A stretch of 63,877 bases of DNA, the filler included, from Octopus bimaculoides (Eukaryota): the NCBI RefSeq assembly GCF_001194135.2. It is 6 parts of 6 records of this genome, joined end to end, with 100 filler letters (N's around TTAATTAATTAA, not from the genome) between each part and the next. Parts side by side here need not be neighbours in the genome. Positions count along the whole stretch, not along the records: positions 59,549 to 61,824 come from NC_068982.1; positions 61,925 to 63,877 come from NW_026360338.1; 4 more parts are not named here. One strand, written 5' to 3'. Shown here in pieces: positions 59,549 to 63,877 of the stretch. The position numbers and the translations under genes were made by a program. The notes under the pieces are model-generated. The model did not search any database and was not told where the DNA came from. It saw only the letters and a list, made by a program, of their open reading frames with translations. Position 1 is the first letter of the stretch. Each line of letters begins with the position of its first letter.

Positions 59549-61824
59549 ATATATATATATATATATATATACGACAGGCGTCTTTCAGTTTCTGACCAAA
59601 TCCACTCAAAGGGCTTTGGTCGTATATATACTTTATTTGTTGATTAACGTTCCACTTAAGAATGTGCGATTGAACCCGATACCTCGTGGTAGTGAAACGA
59701 TCTTCTTAGCCATTTGGTTATAGTGCGTCTAAATATTCAGCTAAAATGTTAATAGAAATATTAACGTATCTCTTCATTCTTAATACATTTTGATAGATTC
59801 GAACGTGGATACTGATTGCTGTAGTCTTTCATCATCGAAGAACATGTAAGGAACGACCGTGCAAACTCAAAAAGGAGATATGGTGACGAATGGAAAAACA
59901 GAGGACTCATTTTATTTAAACGTGTCACACGGTCGAAAACACAATTATATATCGATGGATGATATACATGATATGTTATGCGACGATAACATAGATGACC
60001 AGTAATGAAAGACCACAACCGTATAAGATGAATAACAGAGATATTTATTGTGGCGTTAAAGATGTATGTCTGTGTAAGAGTGTGAATGCGACATATAAGA
60101 ACATAATCAAAGACAGGCCGTCATACAAAGAAAAGTGTGTATGTGAGTGATACATGTGTGTGAGTTATTACAGCAGATAGAAAGAGAGTCAATAACACGT
60201 GAACAATTATACCAGTTCTTNNNNNNNNNNNNNNNNNNNNNNNNNNNNNNNNNNNNNNNNNNNNNNNNNNNNNNNNNNNNNNNNNNNNNNNNNNNNNNNN
60301 NNNNNNNNNNNNNNNNNNNNNNNNNNNNNNNNNNNNNNNNNNNNNNNNNNNNNNNNNNNNNNNNNNNNNNNNNNNNNNNNNNNNNNNNNNNNNNNNNNNN
60401 NNNNNNNNNNNNNNNNNNNNNNNNNNNNNNNNNNNNNNNNNNNNNNNNNNNNNNNNNNNNNNNNNNNNNNNNNNNNNNNNNNNNNNNNNNNNNNNNNNNN
60501 NNNNNNNNNNNNNNNNNNNNNNNNNNNNNNNNNNNNNNNNNNNNNNNNNNNNNNNNNNNNNNNNNNNNNNNNNNNNNNNNNNNNNNNNNNNNNNNNNNNN
60601 NNNNNNNNNNNNNNNNNNNNNNNNNNNNNNNNNNNNNNNNNNNNNNNNNNNNNNNNNNNNNNNNNNNNNNNNNNNNNNNNNNNNNNNNNNNNNNNNNNNN
60701 NNNNNNNNNNNNNNNNNNNNNNNNNNNNNNNNNNNNNNNNNNNNNNNNNNNNNNNNNNNNNNNNNNNNNNNNNNNNNNNNNNNNNNNNNNNNNNNNNNNN
60801 NNNNNNNNNNNNNNNNNNNNNNNNNNNNNNNNNNNNNNNNNNNNNNNNNNNNNNNNNNNNNNNNNNNNNNNNNNNNNNNNNNNNNNNNNNNNNNNNNNNN
60901 NNNNNAGTTGCCGATTCGAATAATAATCAGTCACGTGATGACAAGGAATGGGTTCTCTACTACGCTCGCATTTATTTATATTTAAATGAGAAGATTGTAT
61001 GTAATGGCGATAGTAGTTTTGTATCTAATGGCGATAGGTAGTTTCACTACAAACATCTCCTGCTCTTAGACGATGTCCTGTCTAAGGGCAAGAGAACACC
61101 TCCTGCCCTATGACACGCGATTCTTCGGTGCGAAGGGACTTTGGTACATCTCGGTGTTTCGACCTCGTCATGTGTCTCCTCAATCAAAGCTACCCTGCCA
61201 GACCGGTGAATCTCAAGAATATGTGTTCTTGCTTATAGAAAATAACTAACAAATTGTTTACGGATACATGCTGACGTCTACCAAACATTCATGGGATGCG
61301 CGTTAAACAGCGAGAATCACAATAATAGCATATTTATTCATTCTTAATACGTTCTGGCAGATACGATCATCAATAGCGACCAGATATTCACGTTCAAATC
61401 TAGGAGAATGTATTAAAAATGAATAGATACATTATTGTTTAGATTGTCACTGTTCTGAGTGCACCCAATGAGTTAATAAATAAGTTTTAGTGTGTAAAAA
61501 ATCCGACTTGAATGCGTGTGTTGTCAAATGAACTCACCTTGACACCGTGTCAGCTTATATAGTGTCAGCTAAACTGGTGATTTAATGACATAAGTTAAAA
61601 AGGTCACGAAGAAACAGATCTCTTGTCTCCAGTATAGAACATGAACATCGTTAGTGGAACAATAGGAGAACGAACTGAGATTCATCATAAGCGAATGGGA
61701 AGATTAGTGGTTCGAAGGTTGGATAAGTTTCATATTACACACACACACGCACGCACACACGTTATGTATGTAAGAATGTAATATATGTGTGCGCGTGTAT
61801 ATATATATATATATATATATATAT

Positions 61825-61924
61825 NNNNNNNNNNNNNNNNNNNNNNNNNNNNNNNNNNNNNNNNNNNNTTAATTAATTAANNNNNNNNNNNNNNNNNNNN
61901 NNNNNNNNNNNNNNNNNNNNNNNN
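61825..61924. other. Artificial contig/scaffold spacer
   Basis: 44 N + TTAATTAATTAA + 44 N. Confidence 0.9.
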
Positions 61925-62100
61925 TTCCACAGGTTCCCTCAACTGTTAGGGTGTGGCACTTTTTCAGGCAGCTAACCTCACCCATTCTCATCACATGTCC
62001 ATACAAGCGCAATCGTCTCTCTTGCACACCACAACTGATGCTTCTTATGTTCAGCTTTTCTCTCAAGATACTTACACTCTGTCGGGTATGCACACTGACA
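61925..62100 (-). mobile_element. RTE-clade LINE C-terminal fragment
   Basis: VSVHTRQSVSILREKLNIRSISCGVQERRLRLYGHVMRMGEVSCLKKC. Confidence 0.85.
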
Positions 62101-62134
62101 ACACATATATACATATACATATATATATATATAT

Positions 62135-63877
62135 ACAGGGGAATTTCAACCATGTTTCGTGGTCTGCTACCACAACAGCTCCTTTATAGGATCCAGTTAA
62201 CTCAAGACATCATCAGGAGGCACCACGTCCGGTTTCGGCCCCTACTCCTCTACCATTTGACATCCCCCCCCCNNNNNNNNNNNNNNNNNNNNNNNNNNNN
62301 NNNNNNNNNNNNNNNNNNNNNNNNNNNNNNNNNNNNNNNNNNNNNNNNNNNNNNNNNNNNNNNNNNNNNNNNNNNNNNNNNNNNNNNNNNNNNNNNNNNN
62401 NNNNNNNNNNNNNNNNNNNNNNNNNNNNNNNNNNNNNNNNNNNNNNNNNNNNNNNNGACACTGTCTAAACTTCCCGCTGCTAGGCTCCAGCAAGCAGCCC
62501 TAGCAAGTTGTCACGTGACACTGTCTAAACTTTAACTGACAATGGAGGGCGTATAATCTTAGCCCACGCATGCTCTAACCGAGACCATCACCTGTCAATC
62601 AGCGAAGCCACTTCAGTGTCAGCCTGTCTCACCAAATGTTATTTTCCTGCCGGCATGTTATGACTTTCAAGCCATTTTTGGTCTTTCCGCTTCAGTCATA
62701 TATAGAAGCTGGCTTTTTCGACAGCCTCCTGTATTCTCCTTATTAGTCTTCTCAGTTCCGAGCTAGAAAATGCAAATCTTCTTTTGAATAGCATCTTCAT
62801 TTTTCTTTCAATGAAGCCCCTAGCCCCCACTGCCAGATGGTAATACTCGACAGTCCATCCCTGTTCTCTGCACTCTTCGATTATTCTTCCGTACCTCTTC
62901 TCCTTTCGTTTCTCTGCATTGTCGATGTTCTCTTCCCATGGTACTGTTAGTTCTAGTAAAATTCCTATTCTCCGTTCTCTGTCCCATAGGATTAAGCCTG
63001 GTCTTTTTGTCGTTTTTATGAGTAGAAATATTACTAGTCTTCCCAAATCCGTGGCCAGCTCCCAGTATCCTTTCCATCTTTCGTCTATCTCATATATTTT
63101 ATTTGGAGGCCTGGCCTTATGTCCTTTTCCCTCCTTCTGGAAGTATATTTTCCTGCGTTTTTCCACTTTTGGGTACTCTCCCCTATTGTATCCCTCGATC
63201 TTCTTGAGCGCTGCGCTTATGACGCCAAGAACTTGATTATGATGCCATGTATACCTTTCTGGTGCTAGTCTGCAGCTTGACAGAACATGTCTCACTGTCA
63301 CTTTCTCTCCGCATCTACATTCATCGGTTGTTTTTACGTTCCAACGGACTAAGTTCGCCAGTGAGGGTAGAACGTCGAAGGTAGACTTGATCAGGAAGGA
63401 TGTTCTTGCTTGTTCCCAAGCCCAAAGTTCCTTCCATGAGATTCTGCAACTGACCACGTATTCGTCCCATCTCAGGCACTGTCCCTGTTGACTACATTGC
63501 ATCAAATGTACATTCTGCCTTTCTTCTTCCTCCTTTCTCACTTCGTGCACCACTGCCTCTTTCATCTCTTTTATACTGCTCTTGCAAAATGGCCTGAAAT
63601 TGTGCAACCCTAGGCCGGCTCTTGCTTATTGTGTTGCTCTGATTATATTGGCATGTCTTAGTTTCTGATCGCTTTGTTTGCTACCTCTTCCGCTTTCCAT
63701 TTCCTCCCTGTTCGTACTTTTGGAGGGCTTTCTCGGATGTTCTGATCTTTTGAATACCTTAGCATCATTACTGTCCTTGCCGGCGATTAATGTTATTGGT
63801 AGTTGCAGCACGGGTTTCCCATATAGTGCAGTTGTATTCAGTGGTTTCGGCAGACCAAACCATTTTCTGATAAACAC
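62135..63877 (-). mobile_element. Hero/R2-like REL-type non-LTR retrotransposon, 3' part (thumb, CCHC, REL, 3' UTR); continues beyond the window
   Basis: KWFGLP...ALYG..LQLP; VRTGRKWKAEE; RAGLG; QQGQCLRW; FLIKSTFDVLPS..NL..W; C.C...H....C; RYTWHHNQVL; ELTVPWEE...RKEKRY; GARGF. Frameshifts and stops are present. Confidence 0.9.
62696..63607 (-). pseudogene. Remnant ORF of the Hero-like element (zinc knuckle + REL endonuclease)
   Basis: 303-aa open stretch. The PD motif reads PG, and the C-terminal ASFYI*LKR probably derives from W (TGG->TGA). Confidence 0.85.

Noticed and set aside
61145-61180. Minus-strand ATGACGA-GGTC-GAAAC hammerhead-like words
   Set aside because: Core C is missing, and stems I and II cannot form.
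62140-62260. GAAAC and CTGATGA words in the Hero 3' UTR suggesting a hammerhead
   Set aside because: I could not build consistent stems I-III in any topology; a covariance search on the family would be needed.

Overview
AT-rich, microsatellite- and SINE-dense eukaryotic DNA. The repeat landscape looks cephalopod (Octopus-like); this is my inference, not something shown directly. The window is probably not one locus. Five identical 100-nt spacers (44 N + TTAATTAATTAA + 44 N) split it into six pieces: 1-27697, 27798-40977, 41078-55626, 55727-59448, 59549-61824 and 61925-63877. Adjacency across spacers should not be trusted. Two host genes are supported, both in piece 3 and arranged tail-to-tail. 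(1) TXNL1 (thioredoxin + PITH), coding exons 2-8 on +, with a non-canonical CEPC active site; exon 1 is missing at the piece edge. (2) An intronless 1446-aa polycystin-1/PKDREJ-like ORF on - (signal peptide, REJ-like segment, GPS without the HL|T motif, PLAT, 5 TM). It stops before the channel domain, and a remnant of the next helix lies in a shifted frame. The rest is transposon-derived: a decayed hAT transposon with TIRs and a perfect 8-bp TSD nested in a SINE, Hero-, R4-, RTE-, CR1- and Penelope-like fragments, piggyBac- and mariner-type MITEs, and four SINE families. The hunt also found an apparently intact type I hammerhead ribozyme (33767-33830), hammerhead-like motifs in a tRNA-headed SINE and in a ~360-bp palindrome, and a 28S rRNA fragment joined to a SINE. 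All calls were made by eye; no searches were run, and repeat boundaries are approximate.
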